Shown here piece by piece: positions 1 to 12,301 of a stretch of 64,000 bases of DNA (positions are counted from its first letter, which is position 1; the number at the start of each line of letters is the position of its first letter). A program made the position numbers and the translations under genes. Origin of the DNA: Camelus ferus. Taxonomy: Eukaryota. Below the pieces are notes generated by a model. That model saw only the letters and a list, made by a program, of their open reading frames with translations, did not search any database and was not told where the DNA came from. The stretch lies in NCBI RefSeq assembly GCF_009834535.1, contig NC_045697.1:20958001-21022000 (forward strand), given 5' to 3'.

Positions 1-1142
1 CAAGGTCTAAAGGAATAACACAGGAGTAAACCACTTGAAAGTGAAGTACGAGTCAAAAATAAACTGAACACATCTTCCAGAGAGCTTTGAGACAGAAATT
101 CTGCAAAGGACAAACAACCTCCAAATGAGTGAGCACTGAAATAATGAGAATGGGAAAGTGTCATCCGACTATTAGCTGAAGTCTCCTCCTTCAAGGAAAG
201 CAGGTTTCTAAGGTCAAGTCTAGAGAAAAACAACATTTGAGCTCACTAGCCAGATTCTCCATTGGAAAGCAGAGGGTCAAGCTGATTGTTGGCAGAAAAG
301 TGGGGAGAATGTAAAAGAATCAGTGCCAAGGGCTAGGAATAAATGTCACTTAGAAAAATGATCAGGAAATACAGAAGGGCTACAGAAAAGATAGTTTAGA
401 ATTCCTGTCAGAGATTAAGTTCTGCTGATGAAATTTTGAGCTCCACCATATTTTGCAATACCAGAGTGGACTTTCTGTGTTTCTTTAAGTTGACAGTCCC
501 AAGCCATTTGTATATCCTTTTGGTTTCTTCGTGTTATCCTCCACAGAAAAGTAAACAGGGTCTTAATCCCATGATTTACAAAGCAAATGTATCTCAGAAG
601 ATAGCACTTAGGCTCACAAAGACTTGTTTGGTTAGTCATTTGAGAGCTATTTGCATTAATGTGGACATCTGACACTGTCAAATTCAGCCTGCTTTAGTCT
701 ATCTTTAGATATATTCTTATTAGAAGGGCTACTCTGGGAGATAACGTCAGAAAGAAAAAAAATTATTACTTTTCTCTCACAGTATTTTTTTTGCGTTATT
801 AAGAAGATGAATGCTAAGCTTGGCTATCTACTCACAAAAATTGAACTTCTAACTGGCAAATTGTTTATAACAGAACTCAACCTTAGAAGGGAGTTCTAAA
901 TCTCTAAAAAATACTAATCTTTGCTATCTTTTTCAGTGATCTCTGGTCTCAGGAACAATTTATTTCAAAGCCTCTATAAAAAATTCTTTGAGTCTTTTCT
1001 TATGGGATATACTTCCAAACTGAGATCAAAATATCACTCTTTACCTTTTTTATTATTGTTGTTTCACACATTATAGAGAAGGTAGATGGAAATAACATGC
1101 TTTGAGACTTGACCGTGTAAGAAGCGTATTGGTGGTTATTAT

Positions 1143-1290
1143 AATTAATCCTCACAATCGCTCAGTGATACTGTATATTGCTATACCTATTTTAAAGATA
1201 AAGAAACGTACCGAGAAATTAAATATTGTGTTGAAGAGTGTGAGCGAAGATGGAAACCAGGTCAACTTGATTTTAAGTTTATGCTCTTTT
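1143..1290 (-). mobile_element. MIR SINE fragment
   Basis: 'ttaatcctcacaatc...tatacctattttaaagataaagaaac..gagaaattaaat' follows the reverse complement of the MIR core (ttaatcctcacaac...cccattttacagatgaggaaactgag). Confidence 0.65.
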
Positions 1291-1552
1291 TAAACGCTGC
1301 ACTTCTCTTCTTGAAAAACCATGTTTCTCTCACCTACATTTTACCCGTCTGTTTATTGTTCTGCCCTGTATATCCTCCCTCAGAAATGGAAAGAGTATCC
1401 AAGGCAAACAGCATTTTGGCTACCCCACTGACTTCAAAAGATAAATAATTTGTATTTCTATTTACCAGAATTCCTACGTGATTAACATTAGTCATTAGTG
1501 GAGACATATTTCTTTTGTTATTCTTGGCCTAATATTTCTTTAAAATTTTGAA

Positions 1553-1720
1553 AATATAATACATATCATATCCATTATATACATATATACACATATATAT
1601 GTGTAGGTATACATATATATGTGTATATATGTTCTCTATATGTTGTATAAATATATAAATGATATATATATTATGGAAGTTTATTTATATAGCATCATAT
1701 ATTATATATGTAACATATAC
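1553..1720. repeat. Degenerate (TA)n/(CATATA)n low-complexity tract
   Basis: Visible directly: tatatacacatatatatgtgtaggtatacatatatatgtgtatatatg... Confidence 0.8.
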
Positions 1721-4300
1721 AGTTCAGAACAATAATGAAAGTAAGATCTATGCACTAAACTCTCCAATTAAGGAATAGAATATTATTAGTGTCTTTGAGG
1801 AACTCTTTGAACCCGTCCCAGATCCATTAACTCCCTTCATAGGAAGCCGTCATATTTTTTTCTTTACAGTTTGATCATGCATATAAGCATACCACAACAG
1901 ACATAAGGTTCAATGGCAGACAATTTAGTTTTATATAAATTAAGTCATGTTATATGAATTTCTCTGAAACTCTCTTTTCCTTCAAAATTTTATTGGTGAC
2001 ATTCATTATGTTTAACAGTATGTATGATATTATGATTATAAGGAGAAATACAGATTTGGTCTTCTATCTGGTTTCTGGCACAGAGATCCTAAAACACTTG
2101 GAATTTTATAAGTGATGAGAGCAGGGATAAAGTTGTCTTTTGTTACATTAATGAGCTGACTTTTGGAAATCCCCTGAAGTTGGGAGGCTGCTTGCCAAGG
2201 GAACTAACTGTAGTTCGAGGATTGAAAATCTTAGTCCTTACCTCTCAACTTCTGGGAACGGCAGAGACTGGAGGTTGAATCAGTTAATAATGGGTAATGA
2301 TTTAATCAGTCGTAATCAGTCACGCCTCGGTAATGGAACCTCCATAAAAATCTGAAAGGAGTGGGATGGGAGAGCTTCCAGTTGGTGAACCAATCAAAAT
2401 ATATCCACATGCTGGCCCCACACTTTTCAAGACAGAAACTTCTGTGGTCAGGACCTCTCCCTATGTATTTATTCATCCGGTTGTTCATTCCTATCCTTTA
2501 ATTTCCTTTGTAATAAACTGTAGTTTAGTAACTAATTTGGTTTCTTCAGTTCTGTGAGCCGCTCTAACAAATTAATGAACCCTTGAAAGGGGTTAAGGGA
2601 ATCTTCAATCCGTAGATAGCTAGTCAAAAGCACATGTAACAACCTGGACTTGGTGTCTGAAGTGGGGGCAGTCTTGTGGGACTAAACCTTTCACTTGAGG
2701 GATCTGATGTTATCTCTAAGTAGACCATATCAAAATTGAATGGGAATGTGAGACACCCAACTGATGCGGAGGAGTTGCTTGGTGATGTGAAAAAAAAAAA
2801 AAGACATATCCTACATTCTACTGCCTTATAGTGATCCAGAATTTAGATGTAGGATGACTGACTTATCTAGTCTCCCACCTGTGGTTTATTACAGAACTTA
2901 TTGTTCAGACAACACTGCTTCTGTTCTTACTCCTCTCCCTGGAGCACATAGGCAAGAGTTTCCCTAGGGTATGTATTCAAAGGTGAAATCACTGGCTATT
3001 AGATGACACATATATTCGATTTTGTTAATAATACTGAGTCTATTTCCTAAAATGGATATACCATTTTACCTTGTATCCAACAATGTGTAAGAATTTCCAC
3101 TGCTTTATCTACTTGTCAAAATTTGATATAGACATTTTTTTCCAATCTGAAAATTTTTAAAATATTATTTCATCATATTTTTAATTTGCATTTCCATGAT
3201 GATGAATGAGTTGATCATACTTAAATCTGCCTGTTGACCAGCTTGCTTCTATGAATTTTCTGCTTCTATCTTTTGTCATTTTTCTATTGAGTTATCTATT
3301 TTTCTTAATGATTTATAGTGATTCTTTTACACTATGAACATCACTATTACTTTTATTATGTATTTTTAAAATATCTTCTTTTAGTATCTTTTGATGAATA
3401 AAAGTGCTTAATTTTAATAAAATTGATTATATTATTTCCTTTAGGTTTTCAATTTTTAAAAATTCTTTAAGAATTCTTATTTATCCAAAAGTAAAAAAAA
3501 AAAGTTAACTTAAACTTTCTTAGAACATCTAACGTTTTGCTTTTACAATAAATTTCTTCATCCATCTGAAATTGACTTTTTATTTATTGTGTGAAGTAAG
3601 GATTTGTTTTTATTTGTATATAGATAATTACTTCTCAGCACTCATCTACACTATCCCACTCCTACATAGATTATCATACACTTATTTTCTGTGCCATATA
3701 ATCAGTTTCCTAAAATGAAGTGCTGTTTCTAAGTTACCTCTTCTAAATAATTCTGAACAGTGTTCTGGAATATTAACTTATTCTTGTCAGTGATATTTGA
3801 TCAAAACTTTTTTATTATTTCAGTGTTTATTAACGGAAATTTTCTTATTCTTCTCTCTCAATTGTGCCTTAGCTAATTTTGATTTCTCACCTGTTAATGT
3901 ACATTGTAGCACTAACTTGTACATTTCCATTAAGAAAAATAGTAGGGTTTTTAATTGAAACTTTACTCAAGCTATAAATTGGGGGGTAATGAATATCTTT
4001 TAATATTAAATATTTCTGTCTTTGACCATTATATATCTCTAACTTTACACAAGACTTATTTAAAGTCTCAAAAACTTACAATTTTCTCACAATTGTCTTA
4101 AACATATATTATCAGGTTAATTCTAAGCACCATTCATTTGTACTTGCAATTGTTATTGGTATCTTAAGTGATGCTACTTAACTTTGTTGCTGATATTTTC
4201 TAGACAGTAATCATACCATAAAGAAATGAGAGTTTTATTTCTTCTTTTTAATCTATACATTTTATGCCCTACTATGTTAATAAGGTCATCCAAGATGATG
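1720..4300 (-). mobile_element. Old L1 (L1M/L1ME-type) 3' UTR and ORF2 3' region, interrupted by a MER21-like LTR
   Basis: T-rich antisense L1 motifs: 'ccattttaccttgtatccaacaatgtgtaagaatttccac', 'ttttaatttgcatttccatgatgatgaatgagttgatcat', 'catccatctgaaattgacttttt', 'gggtttttaattgaaactttactcaagctataaattgggggg'. Confidence 0.7.
2021..2805 (+). mobile_element. MER21-like solo LTR
   Basis: Recalled MER21 hallmarks: 'atttggtcttc..ggtttctggcacagagatcctaaaacacttggaatt', 'aatgatttaatcagtc..gcctcggtaatggaacctccataaaaa', 'gttctgtgagccgctctaacaaattaatgaaccc', 'tctgaagtgggggcagtcttgtgggact'. Confidence 0.8.
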
Positions 4301-4569
4301 TTGAAAAAGTAGGAAATTTGAGGCCAAGGAAAAAAAGAAAAGGAGAAAAAAAGACAGTAAAATGTATAGACACACATGTAAATAATATTAATACAATTTT
4401 GAATCTTGAAATTAAAACTTAAATATTATGAAATTTAGACATTGTTTTCAAAAATGTTAAAACAAAATCGATATAATATAAAATATGTGAAATTTTAATA
4501 ACTGCTTTGCTAAAAATAATAGAGAAAAAAGATAATTGACAATAGTGTTAATGGGACATGAAATTTTTT

Positions 4570-5125
4570 ACAGTGTGGTATACAGCCAACATATATTAGC
4601 ATAGAAGATTCGTTTTCACTTCCTAATGTGCATCTCCATACTAGCATCTAGAAAGCTAAAAAAAAAAAAAAAAAAGAAAAAGGCATTTCCCAAACATCCT
4701 TGAAACTTAAATTCTGGGTTTTAAAAAAAATGAATCAACTTGATGCATTTGTATAAACTTTGCAAAGGGGAAATGAGGTAAAAGTCATTTTCTTGCAGAT
4801 TTTTCTCTTTTCTGAGAAAAAAATATGGTTATGAAGTTCTAGAGTTAGTCATCAATTTCATCCATGTGAGCAGAGAGTTGTAGTAGAAGATGAATTCTAG
4901 CAGCCACCTTTCATTGAAGCACAGTTGAGGTACAATATTATATATTACAGGTATACACTTCTTAAAGGATATACTCCATTTATAGCTATTATGAAATATT
5001 GGCTGTATAACCTGTCAGAGTTATTTCTAAAAGCACAGGCTACAGCCTACTTCCTGAGTCTCTCAAAATTTTTTTCTAAATTTATTCCTTCTATTAAATC
5101 CTTTTCTGTTTAAATATTTAAATCC
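4570..5125 (+). mobile_element. LTR33-like (ERVL) LTR remnant with a ~100-bp antisense L1 3' tip inserted at ~4908-5010
   Basis: 'ctagaaagctaaaa...catttcccaaacatccttg' and 3' end 'ctattaaatcccttttctgtttaaa'; the insert 'ttcattgaagcacagttgaggtacaatattatat...tagctattatgaaatattggctgtata' resembles an L1 3' terminus. Confidence 0.55.
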
Positions 5126-5374
5126 ATTGTGTTGAGTGCTGCAGGACATAAGCAAAGGCCCCACTGAGAAGATGACTTGTGATCAAAGACTATGTGGATA
5201 TGTGTGGATATGTGGAAAAGAGCTCTTCCAAACGATGGAGCAGTGTAGACCAAGATCCTGAGGCAGGAGCACGCCTGACATATTCAACAAGAAAGAAAGT
5301 TGTGGGACTGGAGCAGAGTGAGTAAAAGAAAAATTATAAAAGGAGATAAAAGTAAACTTTCACAGGAGAGGAAA

Positions 5375-6590
5375 ACTAAATATTGACAAGTTGTAATTTC
5401 TTCCCAACTTGATCTATAGAGTCAATGAAATCCCAATCAAAATCCTAGCAAGTTATCTCATGGATCTTGATAAATTGGTTCTAAAGTTTATATAAAGAGG
5501 TAAAAGACCCAGTATTGAATGAGAAGAATAAATTTGGATGACTGATGCTACCTGACTTCAAGATTTACTCTAAAATTACAGTGATCAAGACAGTATGGTC
5601 TTGGTGAAAGAACAGGCAAATAAATCAATGGAACAGAATACATACCATACCCAGAAATAGACCCACGTTAATGTAGTTCACTGATCTTTGACAAAGTAAC
5701 AAGAGCATAAAATGGAGCAAGGATAGTCATTTCAATAAATGGTGCTGTAACAACTGGACATGCACATACAAAAAGAATCTAAACATGGACCACATTATAC
5801 ACTTCACAAAAAACAACTCAAAATGGACTGTAGACCTAAATTTAAAAGGCAAAAGAATAAAACTCCTAAAAGTTAATTTAGTAGAAAATTTAAATGATCT
5901 TGGGTATAGCAATGACTTTTTAGATTCACCACAGATACAATCCATGAACAACTTAATTGATAAGCTGGACTTCATTAAAATCAAAAGCTGCTCTGAGAAA
6001 GACAATGCTAAGAAAATGAGATGACAAGCCACAGTCTGGGAGAAAATGTTTGCAAAGATACAACTGATAAAGAACTGTTATCCAAAATATACAAAGAACT
6101 CTAAAATTTATCTATAAGAAAATATACAACTCGATTAAAAGATGGGCCAAAGACTTAACAGACAGCTCATCAAAGGAGATATACAATTAGAAAATTAGCA
6201 TACGAAGGTGTTCTACATTAGCTCAGTGGTTACCAGCGATTGGGGTTTGAGGGATAAATAGGGAAAACAAAGAGAATTTTTAAGGCAGTGAAAATAATCT
6301 GTACATATCATAATGATGAAAGCATGTCTTTATACATTTGTTCAAAGCCATAGAATATACAACACTGAGAGTGAAATCTAAGGTGAATTTTGAATTTTGG
6401 ATGATTATGATACGCCAATGTAGATTCATCAATTATAATATATGTACTTTGATATGGCATGTTGGTATTGGAGGAGAACTTCTGGGGTCATGTAGTATAT
6501 TGAAGATCTCTGCACCTTTCCCTCAAATTTGCTATGAACCAAAAACTCTCTGAAAAATAAAGTCTCAATAAACGGAAAAAAAATGTTACA
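5375..6590 (+). mobile_element. 5'-truncated L1MC-type element (ORF2 C-terminal remnant plus 3' UTR) with an internal deletion near 6220
   Basis: ORF 5785-6024 (FTKNNSKWTVDLNLKGKRIKLLKVNLVENLNDLGYSNDFL...IDKLDFIKIKS) matches L1 ORF2p (YTKINSRWIKDLN...IDKWDLIKLKS); 3' end 'ctcaaatttgctatgaaccaaaaactctctgaaaaataaagtct' is L1MC1/2-like. Confidence 0.85.
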
Positions 6591-7061
6591 TTTTAAAAAA
6601 AGGGAGATGGATGAGGCTAAAGGTAACAGAGAGCAGAATCACTTATGACCTCTCAAGACCACATTAGTAGTGTTTGCTTTTACTTGAGTGAAATGGTAAG
6701 CCATTAAAAAGATTTGAGCACAGAGCTGTCATGATCTTTTACATTAATAGGAATGCCCCAAATTCCATTGCTGTGTTGAGGAAAGACTAATGGAAGACAA
6801 AGGTGGGATTAGGAGACTAGTTTAAAAGCTATTGCAGGCATCCAAATGGGAAACAAAGGTGGCTTGGGCCAAAGTGATGGCAATGGTGTAGTGAGAAGTA
6901 AACAGATTCGGAATGCAAAATTAGTAAGAGTAAGAGTTGTGAAAGGAAACCAAGTCAAGGAGGGACCCAAAATTTTGTCTTACGTGCTTGGAAGGACAGA
7001 TTTCCTATCTACTGATTTGGGGAACAATGTATACAAAAGAGGTTCATGAGAAAAGATCAGA

Positions 7062-7290
7062 GAAGCAGCATACTGCACATGCACTCTGGCACCTATGTTT
7101 TTTGTGTCAAATCAACCACTTGCAAGCTTCATAAGCATAGATGATTTGTTCAAATTCTTTGTATCTCAATCTCTTCATTTATAGTAGCAATGAATTCATA
7201 AGTTTATTATATGGTATAAGCCAACAAATACATGTAAAATTTTTAGGGTATTTTCTGGTACACAGTAAGCATTATATAGATGACATCCGT
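7062..7290 (+). mobile_element. MIR SINE nested in L2
   Basis: 'gtatctcaatctcttcatttatagtagcaatg...aatacatgtaaaatttttagggtattttctggtacacagtaagcattatat'. Confidence 0.65.
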
Positions 7291-9864
7291 TAATATCAAC
7301 AGGTGCTTGACCTTGGACAATTAAAATTTCAGATGTCTTTTTCACATACAATTGGAGGTGCTTAATAAGAAATTGGACAATCAAATCTAGAATTCATGGG
7401 GAAGGTCAATGATAGAAGTATATAAAACTGAGACTCAGTAACTGGAAATTACAAAGTTGATCATTTCTGCCTTGAAATACCATCTAATCAAACACATACA
7501 ACTTTGTGCATGTTCAAGTTTCACCAACTAGTCATGCCATCTAGTCATATATTTAAAGGCATGAAACTGGAGGAAATAGCCAAAGAAATAATGGTAGATG
7601 GAAAGACAAGTGGTTCAAATACAGATTCCTACAGTATACAATGTCTATTCAGTCAGGCTGGGAAGAAGTATGAAAGGAAATGGAATGAAGATCATTTGCC
7701 AATTAAATTTAAAAAAAGAAAAAAGAAAAAGTGAAGTGTACTGGAAGGCACATGAAGAAAGCATTTCAAGGATGAGAGGGTGATCAACTAGGTAAGTGCT
7801 GCTGAAAAGTCAAATAAGATGAAGGACATTTGGTGACCTTAAGTAGAACAGTTTTGGTTGAATAGGTAAAGACAATACCTAATTGGCAAGGGAGCAAGAG
7901 AGATTGGGGGAAGAAGAAATAGAGGCAACTACTTTAAAGAACTTTGCCATAATAAGACATAAGATGGAGGCTCATGGAGGACTTGGTGCTAAGAGAAAAG
8001 TTCTATTTTGTGTTGTTATGTTTAACAAGGGAGAAATTATAGCATATTTCACATGCATAAGGGATAAGCAGGAGAAGAGAAAGAACAGAATTTCTAAAGG
8101 GTGAATCCAAAGTAAGTGATTGAGAATGTGCCTTAGTTCACTAAAGGCAAAGTTAACACTAGTTAAGAAAATGAATGGAGCACTACTGACCATTAAAAGG
8201 GCAGAAAAGCAAATCACTTGTCAGAGATGTCTTAGGAGCTTTGGCAAGTTTTCTTCTGAGTGCTTCAGTGAATTATGATGCCAATTCACTGAATGTGAGT
8301 AAGGATGAAGAAATGTAAGAAGCCGGAATAAAGACTGGATATCATGAATCGGTCTACTGGGAAAGTGGGAGAGGGAAAAAGGCAGGGAAATCTAGTATAA
8401 TTACTGGACATTGCACTGTTGATACTGATTTAGTATTTAATTGAGCCTGGTCAGTGCAATTGTGCTCTTTTTTTCCTCCAACCATCTCCATCTACATGGC
8501 TGCAGATGAAGAGTAGGAAACAGTTTGATTTGACCAGGATTATGGCATTACTAAGTGAAAATGCCAAAACAAGATGGCAGAAAAGACTTGAGAGAGTACG
8601 CCCAGGAATTATTTTTAAGTGAAATCCATGAATGGTAAAGAGGAAAGCTAAAGAGGGCATGACATGGTAAAACATAAAAGTGGAACAATCAATTGGTGTG
8701 AAATTTTTAAGAAGAGAGTTGTGGATTGAGGTTCTAAGGAAGTGAGATAAAATATAGGAGGTCTTTTCAGAAATGTGAATGCTTGGAGCTGATATACCAC
8801 TTTTATTAGTGATCACTTGGCCTATGGTGTAGCCATGGGAATGAGTGAGTGAAGTGGGGTAGAAGAAGGTATATTTGGAGAGGAGGAGATTCTGGATAAG
8901 AGATCCATATATTGATTACTGAAGGCATGGTATCGGAGAGGAGAGGTGATTGAGCCAGGAGGTAAAATATTAAAGGAGTAGGGTACAGTACCCTACAGGT
9001 TAGAAGGTCACAGATGAGGGACCGTGGAGTAGAAGGTTTAGTTTGTGACATAAAATTAAATGATCTGGGGACATACAAGGATGGAAGTACAGTTTTAAAG
9101 TGACGAAGAGGATTAAGGCAGCCATCTGCTTCAATTCTGTGTCTCATGTCGTAGCCGATCCCATGTAAAACAAAGTCTCTAAGGGAAACTAGAATCCATT
9201 TAGTACAGAAAGAAAAAGAATTCTCAGAGAAGTAATTGAAGTGATAGGGGATTCTGGTGATGGCCAAACATCACAATAAGCCTAGGTACTTTGTAAAAGA
9301 GTAAGACTTGCACCAAAATATCCGGACTCTTCACTCCTCTGCTGTAAAAGTTTTGCTTTATTCCTTTACTACCATGAATTAATCTGCATTACTCTTCTGT
9401 TCTATAAGTAATCTTTAAAATGAATAAACATCTTTCAGTAGAAATTATTGTATAATTGTAGTAATGGAATTGTAAAACTACAGTCTTGGTTTAATTTACA
9501 CCTATAGTCATAAAATAAATAAAATGCCATAGGTCTAGCAAATCTAGGTAAAGAATTAAATCTATGGAATCATGCATAGCAAGGAAAGAGAGAGAATGAG
9601 ATATGAGACCTTCACGTCAAATGATGTGAAAGCTTCCTAGTCTATGCTTACCTCAAGCTCTGGCAGTTTGAAAATATGCTGCCTCCTTTAAGCAGAGACC
9701 CTGGAACTGACACCGTTGTTTTTGCTGTAACTGGCAAATCCTGCCTCACTTACAGCAATTGAGATATCGGGATGAATTCCCCCTATGAGAACAGTGGAAC
9801 TACCTGAGAACCTGCACATCATGGAAATCTTGAACACAGTCGATTGACGTTTCTATCTCAGGAA

Positions 9865-10375
9865 GCATCACAGATACTCAGTTTCCCAAGACAGAAACCA
9901 CAAAGCCAACCTTGACTCCTGATGTCTCCCGCATCTCACACATCCAGTCATTCACTTATTAATCCTTCCTCATAAATACCTCTTGAATCTGGCTTTTCCT
10001 CTCCATTTCCACTGCCAGTGCCCTAGTTCAAGCCTTCATTATCTCTTCCCTGGAACTTTTCAACCGTCTCTTTTATAGGGTGGTTATCTCTTCAACTAAT
10101 CTTTTCTTCACTTCAGTCTGTACTACACACTGCAATAGAATTATTGTCTCAGAAAATTACTTCAGAACACCCTGATGTCCATTTCCTAGCAACTAACATT
10201 GTACTATTCAGGGCTGTACAAGTGGGGTTAATTATTAAATATGTATTGTGTTTCCTGAATTCAGTTTTAAGCATCTCAGTGGAGAACTTTATTATTTTTT
10301 TTTCAGTTTTGCTTACAGTGCCCAGTGCAATGGTGAATGAAATTAAATACATGCTTAATGTAGAGCTGGATGATT
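9865..10375 (+). mobile_element. L2 fragment
   Basis: 'ccttgactcct...cacacatccagtcattcac...aaatacctcttgaatctggcttttcctctccatttccactgccagtgccctagttcaagccttcattatctcttccctgga'. Confidence 0.7.
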
Positions 10376-11446
10376 AATTGCTTCATCATAGGAAGGATTT
10401 CAGCATTTCTGAGGAAGTGTTAGAGTTATTTTTTTGTTGGCAGCCTTCTCCTAAATCTTCTTTGGCAAAGGTCTTGTGCTTCCATTATTGTGGAAGATGC
10501 CAAGGACATTCTCCATTTCTTGCCAATATTTTTATCTATATAATTTATAAGATAGAAATACGGTGTTACACTGAAAATTCCTGAAGGGAAAACTAGACAT
10601 ACAAACTATAAATAACTGAATAGTCCGTCTCAGTGCTGCAATCAATATTCAGATACACTAGTGAAGAGGAGGAGTTCCAATGGCACATTTTATTTTCTGA
10701 AAACTGGATAAGCTCAAACAGCCTGCCCAGCATCTAGTGTATAACTCAGTTCTCAGCATTCATTAAGGCTTTTGAATAGATGTAGTGATTCAGGATTCGT
10801 AATAGGAGGGGGGTCACAGGACAACATTTTTGCATTCATGTGAAATAACAGTTTTGTTTGCTATTTTATAGAAAATCATCATGATAGAATATATTTTGGA
10901 CAAGTTTGATAATATTTTCATATTAGAAGTTAATTTAAAAAACTGTTGACCTAGCCCTTTGTGCTGATAGGAACTACAGACTGATGAAGTGAGGCTACAG
11001 TATAGCAGCAAATATGCATCTTGGATACGAGGGTTGAGAAAAGAAGAAAGTACTTTTAAAAGAACTTACTCTCCTCCTGAGGTATTTTACTTCTGGAGTT
11101 TGAATAATAATTAATTTACATAATGTGGATTAAAATGATCATAACAAACTTCAGTTAAATGTAATAAGAGAAATAAACATTTCAAACTAAGATTGAGTCT
11201 TACATTTCCCCTTGTCAGCTTTCATGATATTAAACACCAACAGGAACCAGTTTAATATCAACCTCTGCACATAAGCCCCATGAGGCATACACATCACCAT
11301 GACCTGCAGCCCAGAGCCCACATCTAAATTTTGACCTTCATGGGGACTCTGATCAAGGAAAAATCAAAATGTTTCACAATGGAATTGAGTTCAGGCTAAG
11401 GAGCTTCCAGTTCAGATGTTTGTTCTCTGGGCCATAGGGGATGTTC

Positions 11447-12231
11447 AAGGCAGCCTAGTAGCACAATGATGTCCATAAAATTGGCAGACATGTCCAGCAT
11501 GGGAGATGTAAATGGAAGATGTGGTGGAGGCTAAGACAGTTTGGGAGCAAATCAGTCTGGAAACAAGCTGCTCGTGCTTCTCCACCTGTGCAGGGCTCAC
11601 AGAGGTGCAGTGGCTGCCCAGGATGGACTAGGCTACTTCCTTGATGAGCACTGGCTTCTGTTCCAACATGAAGATACTGCATGGCAGCAGTCCAGCTCCC
11701 AGAGACACTTGAGCAGGTGTAACCAGTGCCTCTGCTCTGGGTGGGTGCCCAGTCATCTGTACCAACTATTTCTGAGTTTCATTAACCTGAATTGCTGGAG
11801 AAAGGCCCAGGGCACACCTTTCCGGGTGTCTTATAGCTGGATGGTTGGTGGTGCTGGGTTGATACTGGGCTCAGCAGTGCTGAGGGCCTCATTACTCAAG
11901 GTCTCCTTCATCCTGGGCATCAGCTTGAAGGCACAAGCCAACACATCCTAGGCAGTGGTGAGCCTCTCCATGGTGGATGGCTTGTGTACCTCTACCTCTG
12001 TGTGGTCTGTGGGGGCCAATAGATCAGCTGGTTCTCAGACTGCTACTTGAGACATCCACCAGATTTTGGTTAAAAACTTGCCATCACTGAAGGAGAGGCA
12101 AAGCACTGAGTTGGAGGTCAGTCCATCAACTTCCTGCTCTGAGAGTACCTGGATAGAATGAATGCTGCTAATTTTACCTCTTGATGTCTGTGAACTTGGG
12201 AATATTGCACTCCTGGCATAATGTTGCATTC
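11447..12231 (-). pseudogene. CDT1: Processed (retro) pseudogene of DNA replication licensing factor CDT1, C-terminal half, many stops and frameshifts
   Basis: Manual minus-strand translation across frameshifts gives CQECNIPKFTDIKR*N*Q / IQVLSEQEVDG / QLSALPLLQ*WQVFNQNLVDV / SENQLIYWPP / KPSTMERLTTA*DVLACAFKLMPRMKETLSNEALSTAEPS / KGVPWAFLQQFR / NETQK*LVQMT / PEQRHWLHLLKCLWEL / SIFMLEQKPVLIKEVA*SILGSHCTSVSPAQVEKH / DLLPNCLSLHHI / LDMSANF. These are colinear with recalled CDT1 ([141 protein letters not shown]), with no introns. Confidence 0.9.
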
Positions 12232-12237
12232 CATTAG

Positions 12238-12301
12238 CTATCTCTGTCTGTCTGTCTGTCTGTCTGTCTATTTATTCTAATCTATCTACCAAGCTATCTA
12301 T
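12238..12301. repeat. (TCTG)n/(TCTA)n microsatellite
   Basis: tctctgtctgtctgtctgtctgtctgtctatttattctaatctatcta. Confidence 0.9.

Larger units (their letters stand above)
5140..9290 (-). mobile_element. Long L2 LINE remnant split by L1MC and MIR insertions
   Basis: Purine-rich antisense L2 motifs: 'ccactgagaagatgacttg', 'atcctgaggcaggagcacgcctgacatattca', 'gtgaaatggtaagccatt...ttgagcacagagctgtcatgatct', 'gaaagcatttcaaggatgagagggtgatcaact..gtgctgctgaaaagtcaaataagatga'; colinear across the insertions. Confidence 0.75.

Noticed and set aside
8451..9267. 121-aa and 153-aa minus-strand ORFs
   Set aside because: Lie inside the L2 relic; non-ATG starts and not host genes
11541..11951. 136-aa plus-strand ORF
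   Set aside because: Antisense shadow of the GC-richer CDT1 pseudogene; TTG start and no recognisable protein
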